The position numbers and the translations under genes were made by a program. The notes beneath the pieces are model-generated. The model was not told the origin of the DNA. It made no database searches and was given only the letters and a program-made list of their open reading frames with translations. From positions 3,570,001 to 3,602,000 of the forward strand of contig NZ_CP147990.1 of assembly GCF_037902255.1 (NCBI RefSeq): a stretch of DNA of 32,000 bases. Reading direction: 5' to 3'. Shown one piece after another: positions 9,321 to 17,958 of the stretch (its first letter is position 1; every line of letters starts with the position of its first letter). Source of the stretch: Candidatus Electrothrix sp. GW3-4. GTDB lineage: Bacteria > Desulfobacterota > Desulfobulbia > Desulfobulbales > Desulfobulbaceae.

Positions 9321-9360
9321 CATTCACTGATCCTCACTGCCCCTCACTGCCCCTCACTGA
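9321..9360. repeat. 4 x 10-bp tandem repeat (+ strand units cattcactga / tcctcactgc / ccctcactgc / ccctcactga)
   Basis: The TCACTG core recurs at 9324, 9334, 9344 and 9354, exactly 10 bp apart. The array sits 18 nt upstream of the preferred ATG of the DUF1835 gene. The minus strand reads CAGTGAGGGG units. Confidence 0.8.
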
Positions 9361-9431
9361 GATGCTGAGCAGACCACCAGGCAGGCCCGTAAAGCACAGG
9401 CTGTCATTGGTCAGGTGCTGCTGCACTTCCT

Positions 9432-11054
9432 TCACATCTGGCTGCGCTCCTGCTTGGCCGCCTCTTCAAGCTGCAATCGCGCCTGGAGTTTCTTATCCCA
9501 TTTTTGCGCCTCTTTCTCTCTGTCGTTCTCCTGGCAGTAATCGCGCAGCATCTCACAGCAGCGGACAGTGAAGGACTCATCAAGCCGCATGGCCTGCTCC
9601 AGCAGTGCATATCCGTCTTCCGCATCATACTCGTCTTCAGGCGTATACCACCGGTTCAGCAGCCAGGCCCCCAGCCCGAAACTAGCGAGCGGATTCTCCT
9701 TGTCCTGGAAATAGAGGGCAAGGAGCTGCCGCAAGGTCTCCTCCTCGTTGCCATCGACACTCCAGGTGAGCTGGGCCCGCTGATAGGCCTCTTCTACGCT
9801 CAGCTCCTCACCCCTTGCCACCCGGGTATTCAACTCGGCAAACTGCTGGCGGTTATCCTGCACACGTTGATACCGCTCCACCCACCACGAGCGGTTCTTG
9901 GCCTGCCACTCCCTGTCCATCTGCTCGGTGATAGTCTGAAACGCGTTGCCGAGCAGTCCTTCTGCATTTTGCCCGGCTTCAGCCAATACGATATGAGGTG
10001 TGGCCTGCAATGCCTTGAGCCGATCCTGCAGGGCAGGATGGGTGACCTTTGGATCAGTCTTTGTCCTCATATCCACAGCTACCCAGTGCTCGGCCCAGTC
10101 CATCGTCACTTGGGCAGTGAATCGCCCGGCCATCATCTGATAGGGTGCAACCGGCTCAGGCAACTCGTTTGCCTGCTGCCGCACCTGTGGCCAATAATAT
10201 GTCTCCAAATACCTGTCAATGACGTTGCTGATGCAAAGTGTCTCAACAGCGGCCTCATGTGACACGAGACGGACAGAGAGGGTATCTGCCTCATATTCAC
10301 TCATACGGACCAGCGGACCGGCATAGGCACCCACGTACTCCATAAACCATTCCAGGAAATGCTTGAAGAAGAGAGTGTTTGGACTATCACCAAGGGTATC
10401 AGCCAGTCCTGTCCAGCGGAGCATCTGCCGATGCCCTCGGCGTGCCGTCTTGCAGCACCCCTTGTTCGCCAGATGCCCCAGCTCGTGCGCCAACAAGGCC
10501 TTGAACTGCTCGATCGTCAGGCACTTGAACAGGGGCAGACCGAGCAGGAGGGTATTGTGATACCAACCAAAGATACCCAGGCGCGGTAACTGCTCCAGGC
10601 TTGCATGGAATATATCCGTGATCAGCACCCGGTGGAGAGGCTGTGCATCGGCCTGAGAGGACAGCGTATCTATCAGGGTGAACAGCTCCGGGGCCTGCTC
10701 CCGGGTCAGCGGAATGCCGCTTGATGCTTTCCGCCCGCCTTTCATCAGCACCAGCTTGTACATCAACCAGCTAGCCCAAATCAGGACAGGAATGGAGAGC
10801 ACAGTCTGCCAGCCTACTGCTCCGGTGTACAGATCCCGGATAATGATACACAGGGCCCCTACCTGGAGTGTAAGCAGCAACACGGTAATCACAACCAGAT
10901 AGAGATCGCCCAGCCAGAGCAGGCACCTCATCTTACGCAGATACCGGTCAGGCCGCGTTCTTGCCAGCTCATCGGATTCGCTGACCAGGGCAGCGTACTG
11001 CTCGTCAGTCATCAACATGCAGATCCCCCTTGGCATTGCGCCAAACAAGGACAA
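9432..11054 (-). CDS. Membrane-bound M48-family zinc metalloprotease (HtpX/Ste24-like) with long helical C-terminal region
   Basis: Zinc motif LLAHELGHL (HExxH) follows predicted TM helices (LLWLGDLYLVVITVLLLTLQVGALCIII, VLSIPVLIWASWLMYKLVL). About 330 aa of helical tail follow. The track start is 11054; ATG 11018, preceded by AGGGGGA, is a likelier start. Confidence 0.75.
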   Translation of the reverse strand: MSLFGAMPRGICMLMTDEQYAALVSESDELARTRPDRYLRKMRCLLWLGDLYLVVITVLLLTLQVGALCIIIRDLYTGAVGWQTVLSIPVLIWASWLMYKLVLMKGGRKASSGIPLTREQAPELFTLIDTLSSQADAQPLHRVLITDIFHASLEQLPRLGIFGWYHNTLLLGLPLFKCLTIEQFKALLAHELGHLANKGCCKTARRGHRQMLRWTGLADTLGDSPNTLFFKHFLEWFMEYVGAYAGPLVRMSEYEADTLSVRLVSHEAAVETLCISNVIDRYLETYYWPQVRQQANELPEPVAPYQMMAGRFTAQVTMDWAEHWVAVDMRTKTDPKVTHPALQDRLKALQATPHIVLAEAGQNAEGLLGNAFQTITEQMDREWQAKNRSWWVERYQRVQDNRQQFAELNTRVARGEELSVEEAYQRAQLTWSVDGNEEETLRQLLALYFQDKENPLASFGLGAWLLNRWYTPEDEYDAEDGYALLEQAMRLDESFTVRCCEMLRDYCQENDREKEAQKWDKKLQARLQLEEAAKQERSQM

Positions 11055-11071
11055 GCATAAGGGCGATACCC

Positions 11072-12151
11072 CTACGCCGTCTCAATATTGAGTATATCAA
11101 CCAGTCTGTCGCCGTAGTTGTTGCGGATCATATCCTTTAAGGCCGCATACTCATTCACCTGGATGCCCAGGCTGGTCAGAGCGGAGCCGCTGAATCCCTG
11201 CAAGGTCACTGCTCCATTGGCAGTGATGCTCACCGCCGTACCTGCCATCCCATCCTCCTTCATATCCAGGAGGCTAAAGAGAAGTGCATCTGCCCGTGCA
11301 TCAAGAATGACCTGAATACGCAATGTCTCGTCCGCTGACGTACTGCCGCCAGTAACGCTGACATGGGGGCTGGCCTCTTTACCGGTAAGGATGCCGACGT
11401 TGGCTGGCGGTCCCCCGCTGCCTGTGATCGGAACGGACAGGGGTGTACGCAGCATTCTTGCATAGGTGCCGGTGCGCAGGCTGCCATGCTCGGTGTAGTG
11501 GGTGTTGATGGAAACCTGATACTCATTATTCCAGGGGTCGTCCTGGGCCGGGATATCCGGCATGACCAGGACCTCACTGTTGCTGATGGGCCCGAAGCGG
11601 GTCTGTATGCCTTTACCGCTCCGGGTGCCCTCAATCACGCAGCCCATATCCGCTTCCTCTGGATCAAAGAAGAGATCTGTGCCGCTGAGGCGGAGCAGTC
11701 CGTCGGGATTGAGTACATCGCTGAGCCGAAATACCGTGTCCTTGGCCCCGGCAAGTACCGGTTCCTTCTGGATCGGGGGCAACCGTTCCAACTGCACCTT
11801 CTGCTGCACCTCCTCCACAAAGGCCCTGGCCGCATAGACCTTCACGCGAACGCACTCCTCTGGCGATGGCAGGGGGGCGTCTGGTGCGTTCAGACGGGCA
11901 GCCAGGGAGATATGATAGGTAAAGCTGTTTTCCAGGGAGACCTGATCGCCATTGAGCAGCATCTCCATGACCTTCTCATCCTTCTTGCGGATAATCGACT
12001 CCACCAGATCCGCGCTCCAGAGCGGATTTTCCCGCGAGATGGCCTTGGCCAGCTTCTTGTATCCGTTTGTGTCCCTGGGGATGACCTGCGGTTTGTAGGA
12101 GCGTGGGGTGGTCAGGGCATTGACATACGGTCTCCATTGTACAGTTGACAT
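11072..12151 (-). CDS. Hypothetical protein resembling the HU-fold (HU_HIG-like) DNA-binding domain + DUF4469 Ig-like domain architecture, plus a ~120 aa C-terminal extension
   Basis: 359 aa with a GGGAGA Shine-Dalgarno 7 nt before the ATG. The N-terminal NALTTPRSYKPQVI...LVESIIRKKDEKVMEMLLNGDQVSLENSFTYHISLAARLN and the middle LLRLSGTDLFFDPEEADMGCVIEG...SNSEVLVMPDIP...YQVSINTHYT match the pattern I recall for Bacteroidota HU-like/DUF4469 proteins. This is recalled from memory and was not aligned. Confidence 0.45.
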   Translation of the reverse strand: MSTVQWRPYVNALTTPRSYKPQVIPRDTNGYKKLAKAISRENPLWSADLVESIIRKKDEKVMEMLLNGDQVSLENSFTYHISLAARLNAPDAPLPSPEECVRVKVYAARAFVEEVQQKVQLERLPPIQKEPVLAGAKDTVFRLSDVLNPDGLLRLSGTDLFFDPEEADMGCVIEGTRSGKGIQTRFGPISNSEVLVMPDIPAQDDPWNNEYQVSINTHYTEHGSLRTGTYARMLRTPLSVPITGSGGPPANVGILTGKEASPHVSVTGGSTSADETLRIQVILDARADALLFSLLDMKEDGMAGTAVSITANGAVTLQGFSGSALTSLGIQVNEYAALKDMIRNNYGDRLVDILNIETA

Positions 12152-12211
12152 AGCTGTTCTCCCATAGAGGTTAATCTTTCGGAATACATGCTGAAATCAC
12201 TTCAATTTTCC

Positions 12212-12240
12212 AACGTAGAACCGCTACCAGGCTTTGTCAA
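12212..12240 (-). promoter_or_regulatory. Putative sigma70 promoter for the HU-like gene (-35 TTGACA, 17-nt spacer, -10 TACGTT on minus strand)
   Basis: On the + strand, TGTCAA lies at 12235-12240 and AACGTA at 12212-12217, with exactly 17 nt between them. This would give a ~50 nt leader to ATG 12151. Confidence 0.35.
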
Positions 12241-12280
12241 GCAAAAAATCGGCTACACGCAAAAACTCGATCAGGATAAA

Positions 12281-12372
12281 CCCGATCATACGTTCGGACC
12301 AGGCCCGATCGTACGATCCAGCTTATCCCGATCGAGTGATCCGACTCGCCCCGATCATACGATCGGGCAATG
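12281..12372. repeat. 4 x 23-bp tandem repeat, each unit CCCGATC-N4-GATC(or GTTC)-N8
   Basis: CCCGATC occurs at 12281, 12304, 12327 and 12350, exactly 23 bp apart. Unit 2 contains the perfect palindrome GATCGTACGATC. Unit 4 contains CCCGATC-ATAC-GATCGGG. There are 8 GATC sites between 12269 and 12364. Confidence 0.85.
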
Positions 12373-12460
12373 ATTCTTTGAAGATGGTGGGGAAATATGC
12401 AGCAGTGATGGGAGGAAGATGAAAACAGCGTACCAGGAGAGATGTAACGAGATATGCGGA

Positions 12461-12499
12461 GGCTGTCTCTCCACGACAGAGAGCAGAGAAGAGACAGCC
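12461..12499 (-). terminator. Hairpin downstream of the epimerase gene (10-bp perfect stem, 19-nt loop, no U tract)
   Basis: GGCTGTCTCT (12461-12470) pairs with AGAGACAGCC (12490-12499). It lies 27 nt past the stop of the 12526-13509 gene. Confidence 0.35.
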
Positions 12500-12525
12500 A
12501 CGAAGAACAACAGCAACGGAACGGC

Positions 12526-13509
12526 CTAGATATACCCTTCAGCCCGATACCAGTCCCCGGTCCGCTTCAGGCCCTCGTCCAGATCAATCTTGGGATCATA
12601 GCCCAGATCCCGCTTGGCCTTGCTGATATCAAAGGCCCGGTTCTGGCGGAACCAGTCCACCCGACGCGGAAAGATCGGTGGGGTGACCTTAAAGGGCTTG
12701 CAGACCTTTTCACAGACATGGCCAGCAACGACCAGCGGTATGATGGGATAATGGGGGATCTTGACATCCACCCCCAGGGCAGTGCCGGTCTTACGAACCA
12801 GGGTCTCAATGGTGATATACTCCTCATCCGCGATCAGATAGGCCTCTCCAACCCCCTTGCCCGGCTCCATAGCTAGCATCAGGGCATCGACCAGATTATC
12901 GATATAGAGAGGGTGGTAGAAGGTCTTACCCGAGCCAAACATGGGAAAGGTCCCCTTGTTGACCCGTTTAAAGATCATCTGAAAGCGCTCTGGATCACCA
13001 GGACCATAGATGGCCGCAGGCCGGATGATGATGGTATCCATCCCCTTTTTACAGTACTCATTGACGACTGGCTCGGCATCATACTTGGTCTGCTGATAAT
13101 AATCTCCCGGCTGGATGGGGGCGTCCTCGGCTGCGGGTGGATGATCTACATTGCCATGCACACCACAGGTGGAGCAATAAACAAACTTTTTGACCTGGTG
13201 CTTCAATGCCGTATCAAGGACCACCTTGGTGCCCCCCACATTGACCTCATCGTAATAGCTGTTGGGCACATCCAGCTCCCGAAAGGCTGCAGCAAGATGC
13301 TGGACAATGTCCACCCCCTGCATGCATTCTTCCACAACAGCAGGGTCTGTCACCGAACCGATGACCACCTTAGCGCCCCAGGAGCGAATCTCGTCGGTCT
13401 TCAGACCTTCCTGATAATCCAGGCTGACAACCTCGTGCCCTTCATCAATCAACCGTTTGACCAGGGCCTTGCCAGTAAAGCCAGTACCGCCTGTTACAAG
13501 TACTTTCAT
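12526..13509 (-). CDS. NAD-dependent epimerase/dehydratase (extended SDR)
   Basis: MKVLVTGGTGFTGKALVKRL (GxxGxxG) and catalytic YQQTK (YxxxK). Start placed at ATG 13509 (AGGAAGGAAG upstream) rather than the track start 13563, which lacks an SD. Confidence 0.85.
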   Translation of the reverse strand: MKVLVTGGTGFTGKALVKRLIDEGHEVVSLDYQEGLKTDEIRSWGAKVVIGSVTDPAVVEECMQGVDIVQHLAAAFRELDVPNSYYDEVNVGGTKVVLDTALKHQVKKFVYCSTCGVHGNVDHPPAAEDAPIQPGDYYQQTKYDAEPVVNEYCKKGMDTIIIRPAAIYGPGDPERFQMIFKRVNKGTFPMFGSGKTFYHPLYIDNLVDALMLAMEPGKGVGEAYLIADEEYITIETLVRKTGTALGVDVKIPHYPIIPLVVAGHVCEKVCKPFKVTPPIFPRRVDWFRQNRAFDISKAKRDLGYDPKIDLDEGLKRTGDWYRAEGYI

Positions 13510-13676
13510 CTCTCTTCCTTCCTTAAATATTGTATGAGACCGCTTCTCAGCGGAACCTTTCATGAGTTGGGAGCCCTGCTTCTTGTACAGCCTCCATGAC
13601 TACCCTGATCCTCACACCATTTTCAAACAACCGACCTAAAGCCGGAAAAACACCTGCCGAAGGGAGAAGTCCCCTG

Positions 13677-15284
13677 TTACCTCTGCCCGGCAACAGCCTT
13701 CACTGTCAGAGAACGAAGAAGGTACTTACCAGCCTTCTTGCCCGGATCAATACGCAGCAGACCACGAACATCTGGATGAGGCAAGCGCAGGAACAAGCGG
13801 TTTCTTCCCTTATCTATCTTCTGCTCCACCACCTGCTGCGGTGCAATATGCCTGGTATTTTCTCCAGTGGTAAAATACAGGGCAAAGGTCGTGTCCTGCG
13901 GCGCATCCACCTCAACCTCAACCAAATAGCGTTCAGGCCTTGCCGGGGGCGTGAACGGGAACACAAAGAAGGGATCATCCCCCTGGGCATGGATCAGCAA
14001 ACCGTCGGCATGGCGTTCCAAGCTGACATCGTTATGCAAAGAGATCCTTGTCAAGTCCCATGCGTGGTCTATCTGCAGACGTACGGTCCCGGACGCTGCA
14101 TATTGTTTCTCAAGGACCTTGGTCGTCCATGCAGGTGGATTGGAGGCAAGTGCCCTGCCGAGGTTTCTTGCTACCCATACTTCAAGAACGATATCAGGTC
14201 GCTCCCTGATAATTAATTCCTGAAGCTTATCCAGCCTCATATATTGAGAGTAGATAACCTTTTTGAAACGCTCATTAAAATATCGTTGCAAAGGGATCCC
14301 AAAGGAATCATGGACAACAAGAGCGGTCAACGCCTTGTCTGCACAGCCGTTTTCATAAGGCAGTCTCGCAGCAGGAACATCCATTCCCTGCAGAGAGCGT
14401 AGCACCGGAGTAGGACGAATATTTTTCCCTAAAGCGCATGGTGCCGCAATGCTCACCACATCCACCTGCTCCTTGACCGTCTTTTCTTGATGCATCTGCA
14501 GAGCAAGATCTCCAGAAAAGCTGACCTGCTTTCGAACCACTTCCTTCTCCGTCATAGGGCCCAGTTCCTCAGGAAACCAAGCAGAGCAACGCTCCATGAT
14601 CTGATTAAAAGCCAGCAGGGCCCCGGCATTACTCCAATGGGTATCGGTCTTAAAGTACAGCTGCCCTGCCTGCTTCTCGTCTCGCAAGATGCTGAAGAGA
14701 TCGACAAAATCAGCAAAATACCTATCACGCTTCAAAAAAGAGGTCAACTGCTCATAAAAACTCGTCCCTTTACTGCCTTGTACCCTGTCAGGGAGATATT
14801 CATTATAGATACAAATTTTATTCGGTACAGGCACAAACAGGTAGCGCACCCCAAGATCGGCAAGCCAATCCCGTCGATCAGCAAGGGTTGAGGCATGTTT
14901 ATCAAGCGCTATTCGATTTACGGCCCGCATCCCGAAGAAATCTTCAAAGACACCCTCTGCAATATAGAAGAACCAACCCTCCTTCCCTTTCATAACCGCA
15001 GCAGAAGGAGATACCTGAAAGAGCTTCAGAGAAAAAAGATTGTACAACCTGATAAGGTTATCACGCAAACCGAAATGATCTTGGTAAAACGCATCAAATT
15101 TATTCGGGAATTCGCTCAAACCGGTCATGGTTGGCACGATCTCTGGAAAAACGGCAAGCCTTCGTTTTTCCGCCTCTGAAATTTCTTTATGCGGCCCTAC
15201 AATAAACAGGAAAAAGGGCAAGAGGAGAAAAAGAAGAAAGATGCCAGAAAGAGCTGCCGGATACACTCGTCTCTTGAAGCTCAT
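13677..15284 (-). CDS. AlgJ/AlgX-like polysaccharide O-acetyltransferase (SGNH-like) with a C-terminal beta-rich module
   Basis: 535 aa. N-terminal TM anchor, FKTDTHWSNAGA motif typical of AlgJ/AlgX-type proteins, and a C-terminal ~130 aa ending LLRIDPGKKAGKYLLRSLTV. Starts 4 nt after the MBOAT gene stop. Confidence 0.7.
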   Translation of the reverse strand: MSFKRRVYPAALSGIFLLFLLLPFFLFIVGPHKEISEAEKRRLAVFPEIVPTMTGLSEFPNKFDAFYQDHFGLRDNLIRLYNLFSLKLFQVSPSAAVMKGKEGWFFYIAEGVFEDFFGMRAVNRIALDKHASTLADRRDWLADLGVRYLFVPVPNKICIYNEYLPDRVQGSKGTSFYEQLTSFLKRDRYFADFVDLFSILRDEKQAGQLYFKTDTHWSNAGALLAFNQIMERCSAWFPEELGPMTEKEVVRKQVSFSGDLALQMHQEKTVKEQVDVVSIAAPCALGKNIRPTPVLRSLQGMDVPAARLPYENGCADKALTALVVHDSFGIPLQRYFNERFKKVIYSQYMRLDKLQELIIRERPDIVLEVWVARNLGRALASNPPAWTTKVLEKQYAASGTVRLQIDHAWDLTRISLHNDVSLERHADGLLIHAQGDDPFFVFPFTPPARPERYLVEVEVDAPQDTTFALYFTTGENTRHIAPQQVVEQKIDKGRNRLFLRLPHPDVRGLLRIDPGKKAGKYLLRSLTVKAVAGQR

Positions 15285-15288
15285 GATA

Positions 15289-16731
15289 CTAAAATCTAAA
15301 ATAGATAAAGGGATTATACGCTCCGACAGAGATCAAGCCCGCTGAAAACAGCAGGATCGTCGAGATAAGAACCAATTTTGCCGACTGCACAAAGACAGCG
15401 GCAGGGGCATGTTCTCTGGTCCGAATCCTCCATTGGCCCCGGAGCCAGGGATAGAGGGGGAGGCTCAGCAGGATACCGGCCACAAGAGAGGAGAGGAATA
15501 AGGCGTTACACTCCATACTGATTCGAGGATGCATCCTTTCCGCGCCCGCAAAACCGTACATAACGGAAAAATAGGAACCAGCCTCTGCCAATTGCTCCAG
15601 ACGAAAAAAAACCCAGCCATTGATTACCACCAGCAGGGTATAACAATGCTGGCCAAGCGGATGGATACCGGTCAAGATCCGCCCCCATTTTCCTCGTTCC
15701 ACAACCAGAAAAAAGCCGTACATCAGACCCCAAAGGATGAAATTCCAACTTGCACCATGCCAGAGGCCGCAGAAGAGAAAAACCAGCAAGAGATTCAAAG
15801 CGGTTCGTTGATTGCCATGTCGGTTTCCCCCTAAGGGAATATAGAGATAGTCTCGGAACCAGGTCGATAAGGAGATATGCCAGCGCCGCCAGAATTCACG
15901 AATGGAGCGACTGATATAGGGATAATTAAAATTTTCCAGAAAATGAAAACCAAACATGCGCCCAAGCCCGATGGCCATCTCTGAATATCCTGAAAAATCA
16001 AAATAAATCTGCAAGGTGTAACAGATAACGCCAAGCCATGCCGTACCGGTTGAGAGCTGAGCTGCCTGCATCCCAAAGATATGATCGGCCATCTGTCCCA
16101 TCGGGTTGGCAATCAGCACCTTTTTGCCTAAGCCAAAGATAAACCGTTCCGCTCCGCAGGCAAAATCATGGAGACTGACGGTACGTTTCTTTATATGCTC
16201 CGCAATATCACGGTAGCGAACAATGGGCCCTGCAATAAGTTGGGGGAAAAGGGAGATATATAGGCCGAGGTAGAGCGGATTTTTTTGCGCCTTATATTCC
16301 TGACGATACAGATCGATAAGATAGGACATGGCCTGAAAGGTAAAAAAGGAGATACCAATCGGCAGATGCACCTCATTTAAGGGGATACGGGGGACGCTGA
16401 TCCAGCTGAGCAGCAGATTGAGGTTATCCACAGCAAAGTTTGCATACTTGAAGAATCCAAGCATACCGAGGTTGGCCACAAGGGCGCCAGCCAACAGGAA
16501 CTTACCTGCCCTGCTGCCCTGCATTTCGGCCCGATCCAACAGCAGGCCGAAGAGATAATTCATAATAATAGAGGCAAGCATAACAAACACAAAGAGCTGC
16601 TCCCCCCAAAGATAGAAAAAAAGACTGGCTAAGAGTAAAAAGAGATTACGCCCTCTTTTACCGACACAGAGGTAACCCAGCAGAACAACTGGTAGAAAAA
16701 AAAAGAGAAATATAATAGAGCTGAAAACCAT
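15289..16731 (-). CDS. MBOAT-family membrane O-acyltransferase (AlgI/DltB-like)
   Basis: 480 aa polytopic protein with signature REFWRRWHISLSTWFRDYLYIPLGGNR. Confidence 0.9.
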   Translation of the reverse strand: MVFSSIIFLFFFLPVVLLGYLCVGKRGRNLFLLLASLFFYLWGEQLFVFVMLASIIMNYLFGLLLDRAEMQGSRAGKFLLAGALVANLGMLGFFKYANFAVDNLNLLLSWISVPRIPLNEVHLPIGISFFTFQAMSYLIDLYRQEYKAQKNPLYLGLYISLFPQLIAGPIVRYRDIAEHIKKRTVSLHDFACGAERFIFGLGKKVLIANPMGQMADHIFGMQAAQLSTGTAWLGVICYTLQIYFDFSGYSEMAIGLGRMFGFHFLENFNYPYISRSIREFWRRWHISLSTWFRDYLYIPLGGNRHGNQRTALNLLLVFLFCGLWHGASWNFILWGLMYGFFLVVERGKWGRILTGIHPLGQHCYTLLVVINGWVFFRLEQLAEAGSYFSVMYGFAGAERMHPRISMECNALFLSSLVAGILLSLPLYPWLRGQWRIRTREHAPAAVFVQSAKLVLISTILLFSAGLISVGAYNPFIYFRF

Positions 16732-17958
16732 TTAGGCTGAGGTCCTACTTGAAGGATGGATAAAACGACTGTATACATCGTGGAGAAGCCCCCCTACAGC
16801 CGCAGAGGAGTATTGGCCGCGAACCAACGCCCTGCCCTCCTCACCTTTGCGACGAGCGAGGTCCATATCAGTAAGGGCGTCCTGGATTCCCGTAACCAAA
16901 CCCTGTCCATCGCTGGAGGGTGCGTAACAACCAGCCTCACCAAGTATCTTGCGATTATTCTCGGTGGCGAAACAAACCACGGGCAACCCGGCCGCCATAT
17001 AATGAAGCAGTTTACCGCTGGCCTCGCCAGAATCCGCCTCCTTAGGCTCAAGGGCAAGATCGCCTAAGGCCAACCAGTCGGCAAGGTCACAATAGGCTGA
17101 CTGGCCGGGTAGCAGGCAGAACCGCTCCAGCTGATGCTGGCGGATATACTGCTCTGCATCTTGCAGGGGGTAGCCGACCAAGACAAAGAAGAGGTCCTCA
17201 CGTTGAGCGCAGAGGAGCTCCATGGCCTGCAAAATATGCTGCACCCCTTTGCCTGGGAGTAAAGAGCCGGTATAGAGAATGACCTGCTTGTCTGGAGGGA
17301 CCAGATCCTGCAAACGGTTGTTCCGAGAGGCTGGTGCTACCGCAAAGATCGCATCAGGAACCACATCCTGAAGAAGCAGAATCTTATCTCTAGGCACCTG
17401 AAATTCCTTTTCCAGGACCTGACAGCTCTGTTGAGAAGAGCAAAAAAAGAAATCCGGCAGGCGACAGGTGACACCTTCGATAGCACGAAAAACACTGAGA
17501 AGAAAGGAAAGCGAATCAAAGGCCTTATAAGCTGCCAGCTCCCCGGAGAGACTGCCCTGCATATCCATCAGCACCTTGATTTTTCTCCAGAACAGGCAGA
17601 GTTTCACAGCCCAGCCTATCAGGGCACCTTCATGGAGATGACAATGGAACAGGGCGGGCTGTTCCTGCCAGGTCGTTTTGAGAACGAGAAAGAAGAGAAA
17701 AAAATCAGCCAGAAAACGAAAGGGCGAATAGCCTGCATCCAGTTTGGTATAGCCGGGTACAGCAGGAATACGCCGGATATCCATACCCTCAACATCATTA
17801 CCATGATGATAGGTACAGACGATGAGCCGATACGGATAGGGCCGCAGCGCCTCAACCTCATTACGAATCCGGATATGACAGCCCCGGTCGGCAAAAAACG
17901 GGGTAGGAGCAATATGCAGCACTATTTGCCTCTGTTCAACACCCTCCTGCTTGCTCAT
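16732..17958 (-). CDS. Glycosyltransferase, GT-B fold (family 4-like)
   Basis: 408 aa. C-terminal E-x7-E-like region LEPKEADSGEASGKLLHYMAAGLPVV. Its stop abuts the MBOAT start with zero gap. Confidence 0.8.
   Translation of the reverse strand: MSKQEGVEQRQIVLHIAPTPFFADRGCHIRIRNEVEALRPYPYRLIVCTYHHGNDVEGMDIRRIPAVPGYTKLDAGYSPFRFLADFFLFFLVLKTTWQEQPALFHCHLHEGALIGWAVKLCLFWRKIKVLMDMQGSLSGELAAYKAFDSLSFLLSVFRAIEGVTCRLPDFFFCSSQQSCQVLEKEFQVPRDKILLLQDVVPDAIFAVAPASRNNRLQDLVPPDKQVILYTGSLLPGKGVQHILQAMELLCAQREDLFFVLVGYPLQDAEQYIRQHQLERFCLLPGQSAYCDLADWLALGDLALEPKEADSGEASGKLLHYMAAGLPVVCFATENNRKILGEAGCYAPSSDGQGLVTGIQDALTDMDLARRKGEEGRALVRGQYSSAAVGGLLHDVYSRFIHPSSRTSA

Noticed and set aside
8388-9431. Sigma54 (-24 GG / -12 GC) promoter upstream of rtcB or the DUF1835 gene, as in E. 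coli rtcBA.
   Set aside because: No TGGCAC-N5-TTGC-like spacing was found in either intergenic region, and no RtcR-like activator gene is present in the window.
12188-12422. ORFs 12188-12373 and 12234-12422 spanning the 23-bp repeat array.
   Set aside because: Their peptide repetitiveness (PDHTFGPGPIVRS...PDHTIGQ) is a by-product of the DNA repeat. They have no SD and run opposite to the local transcription direction, so the region is better explained as a regulatory repeat.
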